Below the pieces are notes generated by a model that did no database searches, was not told where the DNA came from, and worked only from the letters and a program-made list of their open reading frames with translations. From Octopus bimaculoides (lineage: Eukaryota), in contig NC_068983.1 of assembly GCF_001194135.2 (NCBI RefSeq), forward strand, positions 164,833,020-164,868,947: DNA of 35,928 nt. Reading direction: 5' to 3'. This document shows positions 35,901 through 35,928 of this stretch, in pieces. Position 1 is the first letter of the stretch. Each line of letters starts with the position of its first letter. Both the position numbers and the translations under genes were made by a program.

Positions 35901-35928
35901 AAGAGACGGCAAGAAAAGCCCCTACATG

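Overview
Eukaryotic draft-assembly sequence: AT-rich, saturated with microsatellites, with 11 N-gaps. The dense simple repeats and tRNA-headed SINE families resemble an Octopus/coleoid cephalopod genome. That assignment is inference from remembered repeat families, not a database result. No intact protein-coding gene can be supported; the long ORFs in the track are microsatellite or N-gap artefacts. Recognisable content: (1) a decayed mariner element built from two 5' halves facing each other (2583-3456); (2) a 5'-truncated R4/Dong-type retrotransposon fragment sitting in an (AAT)n tract at the window end; (3) about ten SINE copies or fragments with shuffled modules; (4) minisatellites, a (CCCTAA)6 tract and a local ~300-bp duplication. 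The most interesting signal is three sequence-unrelated minimal type I hammerhead-ribozyme folds with palindromic helix III. One has a perfect catalytic core and lies in the loop of a 147-bp inverted repeat (18780-19164). One has a G3:C8-swapped core (1339-1389). One is degenerate (17404-17439). They point to several families of non-autonomous Penelope-like or retrozyme-like elements.
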